Source of the DNA: Lama glama
Taxonomy: Eukaryota
Assembly: GCA_028534125.1 (NCBI GenBank)
Contig: CM052828.1
Location: forward strand, 57,972,001-58,036,000
Length of the DNA: 64,000 nt
Reading direction: 5' to 3'
This document shows positions 13,601 to 25,900 of this stretch, in pieces. Both the position numbers and the translations under genes were made by a program. The notes under the pieces are model-generated. The model worked only from the letters and a program-made list of their open reading frames with translations, was not told the origin of the DNA and ran no database searches. Every line of letters starts with the position of its first letter. The first letter of the stretch is position 1.

Positions 13601-13919
13601 CAGGGCAGGCATAGAGACCGACCCGTGGGGTGTCCGCAGGAGAGGTTTGGGGGTTATCTGCATCCTGGTTACAGCAGGCTCTGAGCTATGAACAGACTGA
13701 ACCTGGAGCCTCAACGAGGGAGGCGGGGGTTCTGTGCAGGGTCGCGCTGAAGCCAGGACTCAGCCGGTCTCTCCTCTGCTGCTGTGAGCTGTGTGAGTGG
13801 CCGATGGCATCAGAAGGCCAACACTGAGGGAAGAAATGGACCCCGACCACACTAGTTACATTTTCTAGACCTCGATCTGTTCCGTAGGGGTGCTACTACC
13901 GTGCCGCCCATGAGGTCAG

Positions 13920-14063
13920 CCTTCTAGGCCTCTGTCTTGCCTGAGACCCTGTCAAGGCCCTGGATGGGCCCTAGCAATATAATGTTTATCATTTTGTATC
14001 TTTCTTGTTAAAAGGGGTATAAAAAATTGTTAAGCTTCAGGCTACAAAACCTGGATCAGCCCC
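13920..14063 (-). mobile_element. Probable non-autonomous hAT-type DNA transposon fragment
   Basis: 'ttttgtatctttcttgttaaaagggg...aagcttcaggctacaaaacctggatcagcccc' resembles the terminus of an old hAT-Tip100-type element. Family not certain. Confidence 0.45.
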
Positions 14064-14974
14064 AGATCTTGACCGTAACTCATGTGGAAAGAGATTGACG
14101 GACACTTTGTTTATATTTAAGGAAACTGCTAAGCATAGCTCTGTTTGCATGATACAGTGTACATTTAGTTCCATCCCACGAGTTGTTTTCTCATCTTTTA
14201 AAAAATATCAAATAAAGAAACAGCCTATGTTTTAGATTTTAAGAAGAAGTACCGGATAAATCCAACTGCAATGGTGTCAGGATTGCGGAAGTTAGGTAAT
14301 AACATTCATTCAATTTATCGCAAACCGAGGAATGCGTCTGTGTCTCTCCGCCACTCTCATTCAGCCTAACACGAGCAATGTTTTTGGATTGTGACGAGCT
14401 CCAAATGTGAACTAAAACTGAAGCTGCCCAGGTTGGCAGCAAAATATTGGAGGCTAAAGACTTGAACTACTTTTGTTTTAAGAAAGCACTTGGAAGTTAA
14501 TCCTCAGAGTTACACAGTCACAGATTAGAGCGCATGGTGAAAATGAAGATTGAATCATGTATTTTGTTGGAGGGAGATAAAGTAATACATATTCCAAGTA
14601 GCCATGCAGAATAGGAAGAATGTTCACGTCATGGTTTCTATCAGGGCGCCACTGTAAAGACTGGTAAACTAACCACCTATCGTTTGATGTCTGCGGAAAG
14701 GATGCGGGGTGGAAGAGCACTCCTTGGCTTTCCTGCCCTGAGTCTGAGGCCTTTTTGGGCACGCTTCTCTGCGTATGTGTGCCGATGCACACAAGAGTAA
14801 GGAAAACTCACTGCTCCCTCCCAGTGCCTGGGTCCGCGTACACTGAGGTCAGGATGCAGCCCTTTGAAGCTTCACACACGCAGCAGGGCAAGCGCCGAGC
14901 ACGCTGCAGGGGCCTTCAGGGGAGACTGTAGGAGCAGGCCAGGGGTGGTGACCTGGGGTGCAGGGGGGCAAAGA

Positions 14975-15266
14975 AGAGTTGGGCGTCTGAGATCAGGGTG
15001 CCAGCAAGGTCAGGTACCCGTGAGGGTCCTCTTCCGGGCTTGCGGATGGCCGCCTTCCCGCTGTGGCTCACATGGCGGAGAGAGCGCACTGGTGTCTCTT
15101 TCTCTTCTTATAAGGGCACGGCTTCCATCCTGGGGGCCCCACCCTCATGACTTCACCTAAACCTACTCATTTCCCAAAGGTCCCACCTCCAAATACCATC
15201 ACGTTGGGGAGTAAGGCTTCCACATAGGGGCACAGGGGAGGGGACACAGACATTCAGTCCACAGCA
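14975..15266 (-). mobile_element. MaLR LTR fragment, MLT1A-like
   Basis: 'tctgagatcagggtgccagca...gtgagggtcctcttcc...tcttcttataagggcac...cccaccctcatgacttcacctaaacc...ccacctccaaataccatcac...gacacagacattcagtccacagca'. Confidence 0.88.
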
Positions 15267-15439
15267 AGAAGCAAGACCAAAGCCAGAGACAAACACTGCT
15301 GAGCTTTGGTCTCTGTTCACCTGCAGGTCACTCCCCGTTAATACGAGAACAATTGTATTGTTTTGACTTCCCTTTTTTCCCTCCCTATTCTTTTTTCTCT
15401 TTTTCTTATTTTATCAGGCTTTCTTATTTTATCATTTTC

Positions 15440-16210
15440 TTCCTTCTTTTCTGTTGCTGGCATCAACAATTTGCAATTAATGGACTAAAAGCTGTTCTGT
15501 TTTTGTTTTTCCTGAGGTCAAACCCATTAATGGCAAATGGGCTTTAGGCAGCCCTTCATCCAATTGTTCATTAATTTGTAATTTTCTATTTCTAATTTAG
15601 AAAAAAGCCCCATATGCAGAAAATTGAATATGAATTAGACAATGATTTCCTGTTAAAAGATGAACATTTAAGGAATGAGAGAATGCAGCATGTCAAACTA
15701 GAAATGAGAGTGTATAATATTTTACATCCGCGTTGTTTCAGCTATTTAACGGATGATACCTGAGGGTGCATGAGGCTTAGGTGACAACAGTTACTGCAGC
15801 ACTGATAATTAAACCCTCCGAGAGGAAAGTTTTAATCGCATGCTTCAAAGATTTGACCATCAAATACTGTAAAGATTTCTTCTAGAAAACGCACATGCAC
15901 ATTTCTTGATGTAAGTCCGACACTGGCCGAATAATAGGGCAGTAATTAGATGCTTGGCCATTTACAAAACTGAAAAAAGAGGCATCTAAGATCATTTAGA
16001 GTGCATTAGCCCGGGAAGGCCGCAGGGCGCCGTGCGCCGCGGGTTCCCGCGCGGTGGCGGTTGCTCTGCGTCTGCTCGGTTGTCGATAGTGACGAGACAC
16101 TCTGCGTCGCAAATGGCAGGTTATTAAATCTCAGGGCCACTCATCATAATTTATGTTGCCAGAGTTTGAAATACTGGAATCAGAATTGGTACTTAAGATT
16201 TAATTCCGGT
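15440..16210. promoter_or_regulatory. Candidate conserved non-coding enhancer
   Basis: No recognisable repeat; many TAAT/ATTA cores; embedded CpG islet at 16011-16110. Conservation not testable here. Confidence 0.4.
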
Positions 16211-16679
16211 GTGGGGGACGGACTGGAATGAATGTTTTTTCTCTTTTTAAGGCCGCCTTCTTTCTCCGTCGGTTTGGGGGAACTTTGGCTACACGGGGGC
16301 TTGACGGGGCGCTTCGTCTCCTTCAGCAACTGACTGGACCCTTTGGAAACTGGTCTTTTTGCTTTGGCGTCATGGAATTCCCTTAGCCTGCTTTGCCCAG
16401 ATAGTTTCTCTCTCTGTATACACCACCTCTGTTTCCTAACTTCTAATCACTTCTGGGTCATGCTAAAAAGAAAACGACCAAAATGAAATACAGTAACTAA
16501 TGCAGGCACTATTGGGTTCTTTAAAGAAGTAAAACTCCTTAACTATCAGCTCATGAAACAGTCTTCTTTTGTAGGTTTCTGTGACTTAATCCTACAATAA
16601 AAAGCATAATTATTAAGCATAGTGAATATGGGTAAATAATGAATTACTAACTCAAACCAACCAGGCACCAAAATAGCCA

Positions 16680-17532
16680 TATTCCTGCGCCCTCACCCCC
16701 AAAGACCTGCTCCTCCCACTGTCCTCTGTTCCAGTTAATGACAGCGCCTTCTTTTCAGCTGCTTGGGTCTAAAATGGAGTTGCTTTTGATGTCTCTTTTC
16801 CTCTCACAGTGAATCCAATCAGCTTACCTTCAAAGTATCCACAGCTTGACTCTTTTCAGCACCTCTGTTCATACCACACTGGCCCCACCACCATGACACT
16901 GGCTGGACGTCCCGGAAGCGTCCAGGGTCTTCCCTTGGCTTCCCCCTCACTCCTCTGGATCCACACTCAGTAGATGAGCTGAGTGATCATGAATGACTCC
17001 TCTCTGCTCAATCCTCTGAGACTTCTCACACCAATTCAAGTAAAAGCCAGAGCCTCAAAAATGGCTGCCTCTTCAAGTTGTGCCTCCACTGCCTCCATGT
17101 TTCTAAACTCACCCTCTTCTTCTCCAGCTCTCTCTCCCTCCTCTCCAGCTACCCTGGCCCCTTTGCTGATCTTCCCAACTCAGGGCCTTTGCACGTGCTG
17201 TTCTTGCCACCTGGAACGTTCTCCCCTCATCCACCATTAGGGCTGCGACTTCACCTCTTGCTGGCTGGTTGCTACTCAAACTTCCCTTCAGCGAGACCAT
17301 CTTGACCACTTTATATAGAAACTTCAGCCCTCATATGACACACTATGTACACAGTTAACATACATTAGGGACTTACGTGGTGTCTGTCTCCCCCTCCCCC
17401 AGTGGCCACCATAGAATGTAAATTCTATGAGGGCAGAGGTGTCTTGTGTGTTACCGGTGTTGTACGGCCACTGGGGGTAAAGGGACTAGCACATATATGC
17501 ACCCCCCAAAAAATACTGGCAAAATGAATGAT
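16680..17532 (+). mobile_element. L2 3' region
   Basis: 'cagggcctttgcacgtgctgttc...cctggaacgttctcccc', 'tagaatgtaaattctatgagggcagag', ending in 'aatgaatga'. Confidence 0.85.
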
Positions 17533-17619
17533 AAAAAAGATTTCAAAAATCTATTCTTAAGCATCTATAATCCTATTTTGCACCCCTCATAGTATGGCTT
17601 CCTTCAGCTTACTTAAGCT

Positions 17620-17898
17620 CTGCTAAACCTGGAACGCCTGTTGCTCATCCTTGCCTGTCCTGCTCAGACCAGCTGCTCCTTCTCCATCTAAGTCCCTGCA
17701 TGACACCTGCGAGAAGTGCTTTTCCCTCTTCCAGAGACTAACTCCTGCCATGTCATGCCCTGTTTCTCGCGTATTTATGTGTCTTAACTTACACGTATGT
17801 TTAATCCCTCCAAAGCAAAGGCTGTATCCTGTCCAGCCCCTGGCACGTATCATCACTGCTCTTTGCTCAGTGTATACTTGTTGAATGACTGAATGAAG
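17620..17898 (+). mobile_element. L2 3' end fragment
   Basis: 'cccctggcacgt...gctcagtgtatacttgttgaatgactgaatga'. Confidence 0.6.
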
Positions 17899-18721
17899 AC
17901 ATGAATAAAGGGGGAAAAAGGATTAAATGAAAAATACTGTGCTCTTTGGGGAACAGGAAGAATGTACAAAATCTGGAAGGGATTTATTTCGGGCGTACCA
18001 GAAAAACCTCGAATGCACATTGATGGATAGGCTTTTACTTTTTAATCATACACATCTTGGGTACTTTTGCATCTGACTGAACTTCTTCAGAAGAGATTAT
18101 TTATTGAAAACTTACATTATCACAGCTAAGAGGAACACTTTCAAGATGAAAAATTTTCCTCCCCCCTATTCCAATATATAGAAGTCATAGGTAGATATAC
18201 TTCCTATTAGAAGTTAACTTTTTAAATTAATTTTATTATCTTTGGTTTAAGTAAGTTAAACTTGCAACGTTTTCTTTAAAAAGCCCGTAGCACGTAGTTT
18301 TGAGAGGAAATAACTTTTTTAAAAACATACTAGTTTCAGTGTTTGTTACAAATTTTTTGGACATAATTTAGTGAAAGAAATGTATAAAACTCATAGTTAG
18401 ACTGCTCGAAAAATGGAATAATAGTTAAGCTTTTACAACAGCACAATTTTTGTTCTTCAGAAAAATTACTATGCAAATTCCAAATGGGCAAACTTTCTTA
18501 CAGAGTTTTTTGAAGTTCTGTATATGTAAGTTTGCGTAAATTTCTTGTGTGGTGGGTGACCTTGTGTGTCAGTTTGTGTTTACACGTAAAATCTCAGCTT
18601 AAATGATACAGCCATATGGAATCAGTTCATGTTAGAAAAAACAGATTGACGTATTGGAACGACTTCTCACCTAGAAATCAGTAAACATGCGTTCTTAGGT
18701 GGTTACGTTGACATAAGTGCA

Positions 18722-18856
18722 ACTGTTTATTGAATGTCTGTTCTGTACTCAGTGCTCTGCGTCCATGCCGCATTAATCCTCACAGCAAATGTGTGAAACA
18801 ATACTATTATCCTATATTGAAGATTAGAAAATAGAGGCACAAAGGAAATAAGTGAG
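18722..18856 (-). mobile_element. MIR SINE
   Basis: 'tttattgaatgtctg...ttaatcctcacagcaa...tactattatcc...aaaatagaggcacaaag'. Confidence 0.75.
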
Positions 18857-18989
18857 GATGAGGATAGTGATCAGGACGAAAGCCCCCGGCAGGCAAATGC
18901 CCGTGTGACTCTAATGGCTGTGTTGTGAGTTTTGCCAGCAAGATCCACATCTGTCACTAACCCACTGTGGTGTCTTAAGAAGGTCGGTC

Positions 18990-19130
18990 GGTGGTTGCGG
19001 TGTAAGCAGTGCCCTCGAGAACTGCCCAGGACGGCTGCCAGGCTTCTGTGATCCTCTGTGTCTTCACCTATAAAATGGGCAGAGTAACAGCTGTTCCGTT
19101 GTCTCACGGTTGTTTGTGGTAGAAGTTGCG
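18990..19130 (+). mobile_element. MIR SINE fragment
   Basis: 'ctctgtgtcttcacctataaaatgggcagagtaacag...ctcacggttgtt'. Confidence 0.55.
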
Positions 19131-22100
19131 CACAACTCGATCCATGACAGCAGTGGGGGGAGCACGGTGCTTCTGTGGTAAAGCTGTAAGCGGGGGCTTC
19201 CGGGTTCTGTGGCGGTTCCGGGAGAGGGGAGCCCAGGGAAAGCCCACGCCTTGCCCTCGGCCTCTCTCCGCCCAGCTCTTCCCGAGTTACACCCTTTTAC
19301 AATCAACCAGTAACCTAGTAGATAAAAAAGAAGGTATGAGCGTAGTAATGCGGGTATTCTGATTTGAACTATTTCACATGATTGTTAAGTGTTGGTAGCA
19401 CAGACACGGTTGTCCTCAGATCAAACCACCCTCTTCTAACTACTGGTTTCTCTCTTCCCATTGTGTTTCTCGCGGGCATGACTTTTTCCCATCCTGGACC
19501 ATTTGCTTCTCTGAGGGAAGGAACGGCACATTTTCCCACATTCCCCGCCTTCCTGGAATGCTGAGTTCTAAGACTCATCTAAACAATTTGTTTCCAGACC
19601 TGGACTGGCGTGATCTCAAGCTTGTCCTCGGTTTACGTTTCAAGAATTCGCTACATTCCTTTGATCCCTAGTTGACCGCACTGTAGCCTTGTTGCTCCGG
19701 ACTCTTTGAGATCTCTTGGCTAAGTGCATACAGGGTAATAAACAAATCCTTATCATGTACTTTCACTGTTTCTGCCTGTATAAAACACATGGTTAAAACT
19801 TGTTTACAAATACAGGATTTAACTACCTTTATTTCAACTGACAAGGCTTGCAGGTAAAATTTAATTGTTATAAAAACAATATTTTTGAAACATTTGAAAT
19901 ACATTCATGATATATGGGCTTTAAAAATTTTGGGGGGTGGGGGAAGTAACGTTGCCTATCACCGCTTTGAAGAATTCCTGTTGGAAACGGATACTTTAGA
20001 TCCACAGGGGATGGCATTTGTTATGTGGCCACCTGGTGTGGAGGGAAGAGTTCAACTTCTGAAACTTGTTCCCAGCCTCCCCTTCACCTCACCCACGCGG
20101 AAGGGCGACAGTTCCAAAGTGGCGAGCGGGGCTCAGTGCTGGATGGGTGGAGAGCCAGGTGCCTCCCAGCTGTGACCCAGCTGCCTGTGCTCCCAGCCTG
20201 AGCTAATGAGGACGTGTGAGCCATCTTGAGTTAATCACAATTTTGCCCTGGTAGAGGAACCTCCACAGCTGCACTGACACTGACCTTGGACCGCGTACTT
20301 CTTCACGGCTCTCGTGCGTGGACAGAGATGCAGTAGTGAAATCAAAATTGCGCTGATGATGCTGATCCTCTGATGGGATTACACGTGATGGGAGAGGGTG
20401 TTAAGGTCTATTCGAAACAAAGGATGGAAATCAGAAACCAGCCTCATGTTTTTTCATCTCTATTTCTCCATATTTAGTTTAGAACTGACAGTTGGCTCTT
20501 AGACATTTCAATTCATGAGATGTTAATAGTGTACCGCCATTTAACTGAATTTGCTTTTTGAGAAACCACATCTTTGCACTGGGTAGCGTCCACCCCAGAG
20601 TTACCCTTCAGCACCACCTGCCTGTGCCTGACATCAGTGTGACAGTCCTGGACCTTATGTGGATAAAAGTGACCTCACATCTGTCCTCCTCTTCACAGCG
20701 TCTGTGGTCTGTTAGCTTAACTGGGGGGTAGTTAATAAGTTATCAGAAAGATCGTACCCATGTATGTTTTCATGATCTTTTATCATAACCCCACAAACTA
20801 TAAAGGCATAAAGCATAATAAAGTCATTCTAATCTTAGTTTAAATGATTTTAGAAACAGCAGAACTCACTGGCCAACTACATCTGAAAACCTTTGGTAAA
20901 AGACAAAGTGTGAGACCCTTATCTTGACTTGTTTTCAATTCATTTCCTTGAAGCTCACGTGCTTTATGAATGTGTACTGACATGTAACTTGCCCAAGGAA
21001 TCCCACCGCAGTGAGGACACTGACTTCAGTGGATGCTCATGTAAATAACCTGCAGTGAAGACACACTTCGCATTCTAAATCATGCAGTGCTACCTACAGA
21101 AGTTACTCTATTGAAACACGAATCCCTGTGGCCAACATGAATTAATGTCCTTTCCGCAAAGGACCAAAAAGTAGATATTGGCAGGTCAAACAAACACAGC
21201 CAGCCCAGTTAGTTCATTTAAGGGCAAAAATGTAAAACCTGTTCTACCTGTCTGATGCATTTGCTTTGACAGAATGTGTACTGTGTCAGACAAGAAATTA
21301 GGGAAATAGATTTCTCAACACAAATTATATCACCAAATAGAATTCCCTAATGAGCAAAACATGACTCAGATGTAGAAAGAGTTAAACCAAACATAACGAT
21401 TCAAAAGTGTTTTTGCTTTAGATTTGGAGGAAAATGACATTAACCTGAATTATTTGTAGTTTAAAAAGTGTATGCTTTCAGCAAAGATGGAATATATACA
21501 TATGCATAGACACACATGCAAACATACACACTCATACACAGGGCATGTACGCAACATACATTTACATACCCACATAGGCTAGTAGGTCAGCAATACATTG
21601 CAAACCCTTTTTTCTTTCTCTTGACTTGCTGGCATTTTTGTTCCACAGGACCAAACGTATGCTCAGCGCACATGAAGGACACTCAGTAAATGCTTGCTAG
21701 CTTTTTTGTAACAGAATCCCTGATTTATGGACTGCACTAAGTAAACAGTCTTAGAGTCGGGTGCTCCTCCTATTTCCCTGCTACGTGCAACATGTGCACA
21801 GAGACAGGCGCGGATGCCAGGGACAGACTATTCCAAAGCTGTGACAGCGTGCAGATCGTTGGCTCCTAAAGTAATACCTGTAAAAAATGAAAAGAAATGG
21901 TTCTTTTGATTCCCTTTGTTTTGTTCTATTTTCAGCTTCTCTGACACAGTATCAGTTTTTCTAATAAATCTCCAGTGCAGGAAGGAAACAGTGCCTAGCC
22001 TCCTGGAAGTGGGAGCCACTGTTAACAAAGCATCTAAAGCAGAGCACATCGATTTGCAAAACCCGGGAAAAGCTACCATGAAAAGAGGACAAGCTAAGGA

Positions 22101-24427
22101 ATCCGTAGGATTTCGTTCTGTGAATTTCCAAATCGGCCTACATTTCTGCATAAAGTCCTTTGTAGAGCCTAAATTTCTCTCCCAAAGTGTTTTTTCTTAA
22201 AAATTTTTTTCTCATTGAGGAGTAAACAAACCACAGTGACAGCTTCTATTTTTTGTCTGTAGGTTAAACTGGCAGAAGCCAAGGGTCTCTATTTTCCTGA
22301 GGTTTAACAGCACCCGCATGGAAATGAGGACCAGCAAACTATGACGTCCAAAGTGACCTCTTCCGGGCGGGATGCGGACACACAACGGGATCGCTTAAGC
22401 AGGACCTTCCAAAGTGCCTGATCTAAGGTAAATAACGTCTCAGTATCCTCCAGTCGAGAACCCACATTCCTGAAAGCTTTGCTGGGCAAGGAACACGTCA
22501 GCAAAAACAACCCAAATGAAACAGCAGACCAGATAAGTTTATCACATAACAGACCTGAGACCTGCTCGGTGGTGACGGTCAATCTCTGTAAGAATGTTTG
22601 GTCAACAAGGGAGCTGTAAAAGGAAGCAGGGTGCACGTCGTTTATGGGTCTCACGGAAACAAAACATTGATCGGACAGGTAGTTCTGCTTGATAATCTTC
22701 AAACGCTGCTCAAATAATTGGTGACTGATTTGAAGATTGCAGCAGATCATTTTAAAATAACTCCTTCAGTATGAAAAAAAATTGCCATTTCAGTAGATTG
22801 AGCCCTGAACAGCCTGAAGAATTCTGAATGATGAGTTCAAGTGATTTTATGGTCTTATCATAATTCTCTTTTAAGATAAAGATAGGAATCTTTATCAGGA
22901 AGACATTCCGTGTTGGGTCTTTCTTAGCCTTTTGAAACTGTAAAAGCAGGTGAAGGGCAGGGCAGATGTAAAGTCCCGAGTTACATACACACAAATGCCC
23001 CCAGAACAGAGACATTCACGTAGATTCGTAGGCTTTTCCAGCAATTTTGCATTTACTGTCAAAGAACGGAGAATCTTGAGTTTCAGCCGTGGAGTAGATT
23101 TGAGGCCTAGGAGGGAAGAGCAGACCCAGATAAACGCCTTTCCCTGGGGGCTGATCTCACCTTCTGGCTCACTGAATGCTATGGACCAGGTCAAGCATTT
23201 TCATACAAACTGGGATCATTATTGTTTTCAGCTTCCGTTTTAGAATAAAGAAAATCAAGTGTTGTTTTGTGACAAAGACCATCAATTTTCCCACCATTAA
23301 ATTATCTGTCTGATTTTAGAATCTATTCAGCGTTCACTAGACACCAAAGTACCTGGAAAGGTCTCCTCCGCCCTGCGATTCTCCTGCCAGCTGCAGGTTA
23401 CTCTGCGTTCAGAATTTGTATAGAGCTGCCAATTCTGTGATTAAAAAAAAAAGAAAAAGTGAAAAGAGCTTGTTTTTGCTTCTTTGGTTTAAATTAACAT
23501 CGGCCGTCTCCCTGACCTGAATTCTGACAACACAATTGCTATGAAATATTGGTTTGAACTTAAAACCAGAAATCCTGAGTGCAGCTTTCTGCCGAATAGG
23601 TGCTAGTTAGAACCAGCTGCCTGTAGCGGAACTTCTGAATGCTTGAAGGCTGCCTGTGGTCTGCGCCGATCGCAGACAGAGCCCTTTCAAAGGAGAAACT
23701 GCCAGCGCAGATAGTTCTCCAGGATGGATGAAGATTTATCTGTAGCCCAATCAGTGTGTTATTTCTCTTCTCATTTAATTTATCACTGGGTAGATTCTGA
23801 AACTTAAGTGGAAATAATGAACGATCACTATATTTAGAAACTTAAAGCAATTATCTTGGGATTCAGGTGGTGGTGGGAGATGTGTGCCTGTGAAAGGAAA
23901 GAAATGGAATATCAAGAAATCAGCAAAGCACAGTCATGGAACACATGTTTTGGAAAGAAGCCTTAATTGTGGGTGAAGAGTGGAAACTGTCAATCAAAAC
24001 AGGCTCGAAATAACTTTGTGCAACAGGTAACCCTGGCTCATCAAGAACAATCACAAGTTTAACTAACAGAAAGAAATTCTCTGTGGGTACAATTGGCCAT
24101 GGTCATCTCATTAAGCACACAGCTCTCTTTTCAACGTAATTAGTCATCTAATTACTCATCCAGAATTAGCCAGTGCATTCATATGCCTAATTAATTAGAA
24201 TTTCATTCAAACTACCCTGTTGGTAATGCTTTTGTTCTCTGTTCCAACAAATGAAATTACTGAGGGACAGATTTGATTTGGAAATTGGTTTGGGTTGCGT
24301 CTCATCATAAACATATTAAAATATTAATGAATAAAACAGTGAGAGTAGTAATTTCTATAATAAAGATAACCCCCAAATGTTAACTCTTTCCAAGGAACGC
24401 TGGTCTCAAATGTGACAGCCATCCGTC

Positions 24428-24517
24428 TCTGAGAGCATCAGATTGAGTTCTGAGACTGAACGACCGAGATCTGAGAGCATCAGATTGAGTTCTGAGACTG
24501 AACGACCGAGATCTGAG
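24428..24517. repeat. Perfect 42-bp tandem duplication (2 copies + 6 bp)
   Basis: tctgagagcatcagattgagttctgagactgaacgaccgaga at 24428-24469 and 24470-24511, then tctgag. Confidence 0.97.
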
Positions 24518-24769
24518 TTCAAATTCCCCCATTGCTGGGGCGACGTCCTGTGCACGTGGGACTGAAAGTTAGTGTGTGGCCCAGACAACCTGGGGCGCGG
24601 AAGGCTGTCAGGTTTCTTATGAAAAATACAGACCGTTCACTGTGGTCGGTCTGTTGTTCGTGGCTAACCAGGTCAGATTATTCTAAAAAGAGAACCTAGA
24701 AGTTGTTTGATACTTCGTCTACCACTTTAGTATTCTTCCCGGGAAAAGCAGGCAGCAGCTGGTGTTTGG

Positions 24770-24925
24770 GACTGACCTTGTGCTAGTCGCTGCTCTAAGG
24801 GTTTTGAATTTTGACTCATTTAAACCCTACAACTGGCCTTTGAGGTCAGTACTGTTTTCAGCCTCATTTTACAGAAGAGGAGACTGAGCCCAAAAAGGTT
24901 AGATCACTTGCTTGAAGCCACCAGA
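24770..24925 (-). mobile_element. MIR SINE
   Basis: 'ctcatttaaaccctacaac...tgaggtcagtactgtt...cattttacagaagaggagactgagccca...aggttagatcacttgc'. Confidence 0.85.
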
Positions 24926-25282
24926 GGAAAGTAATAAGGAAGTATTAGAAAATGAACCTTCTTGCAGTCTTTAATCAGTTTTGTCTGGGAAGCGCCATAG
25001 AAACAAAACACCTCTATGAAGATTGATTATGGGGAATATTAATAGGGATTTGCTCTCTTTTTTGGCCATACCTGTGGTTTGCATCCACTTTCAGGCTTGA
25101 CCGTGAAAAAATTGTCGAACAGATGCCCACCGCCTGCCTCAAAGTCTCCACGTCCTCACGGGACAGCACATGAGATCACACTCTTATCTTTAAGAAAATA
25201 TGCGGGATGGTTATTGAGGTACCAGCTTGGAAGTAAATCTGAGTTCTGACCAGGGATGGGAGCGTGAAGGAGGGAGTGCCAG

Positions 25283-25430
25283 GAACCTGTAATGAAAAAG
25301 AAGATGAAAGCAAAGACGTGTGTGTATATGCGTGACTGAAACATGATGCTGTGCACCAGAAATGACACAACACTGAAAACTGACCCCTACTTCAATAAAA
25401 ATAAGTAAGTAAAATAAAATAACAAAAAAC
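25283..25430 (+). mobile_element. Short 5'-truncated L1 3' tail with A-rich end and TSD (camelid-like)
   Basis: 'gtgactgaaacatgatgctgtgcaccagaaatgacacaacactg...acttcaataaaa'. Flanked by aggagggagtgccag (25268-25282) and agaagggagtgtcag (25431-25445), 13/15 identical. Confidence 0.88.
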
Positions 25431-25779
25431 AGAAGGGAGTGTCAGTTGCATTCAGCAACTGCTGTGAGAAGGTCAGGAGCGAATGGACCAAATTTGAGAC
25501 TGCTTCTCCATCATCCGTTACTAATTGCTATCCTGGCGAATTTACACAATTCCTGAAATGCTGGGGGTGCTTTAGCGAGACCGAGGGCCGGCCTTGACGT
25601 CCCATAACTACCTAACCCTTACGACTCGTGACGCCTCAGGAGGGCCAGCACCTTCCCAAGTAGTTTGTATGCCAGAGTTCTCTGCTGCGCGGCCTAGTTA
25701 AAAGCAATGCAGACGTGTATAAAATATCTGCATTTCCATGCTGGTTGGCTCATTGTGGGGCTAAATAAAAGACAGATTG

Positions 25780-25900
25780 GTGCCAGAGCACTCTAGGAGA
25801 CCTGACTTTTAGCCCGAGGTTTGCATCTTATTAGCAGCGTGACTTGGGCGAGGCACTTAATTTCTCTGCACCCCCGTGCCTCTTGTGCAAGATAAAGACA
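25780..25900 (+). mobile_element. MIR SINE fragment
   Basis: 'cttattagcagcgtgacttgggcgaggcacttaatttctctgcaccc'. Confidence 0.7.

Noticed and set aside
21916..23243. Cluster of overlapping ORFs suggesting one large coding exon
   Set aside because: No continuous frame on either strand and no recognisable domain.
24428..24517. Direct repeat as a CRISPR array
   Set aside because: Units are directly adjacent with no spacers, only two copies, mammalian context, no cas genes.
23659..24654. Small hairpins gtctgcg/cgcagac (23659-23677) and acagaccg/cggtctgt (24628-24654)
   Set aside because: 7-8 bp stems are expected by chance; bacterial-style terminators are irrelevant here.
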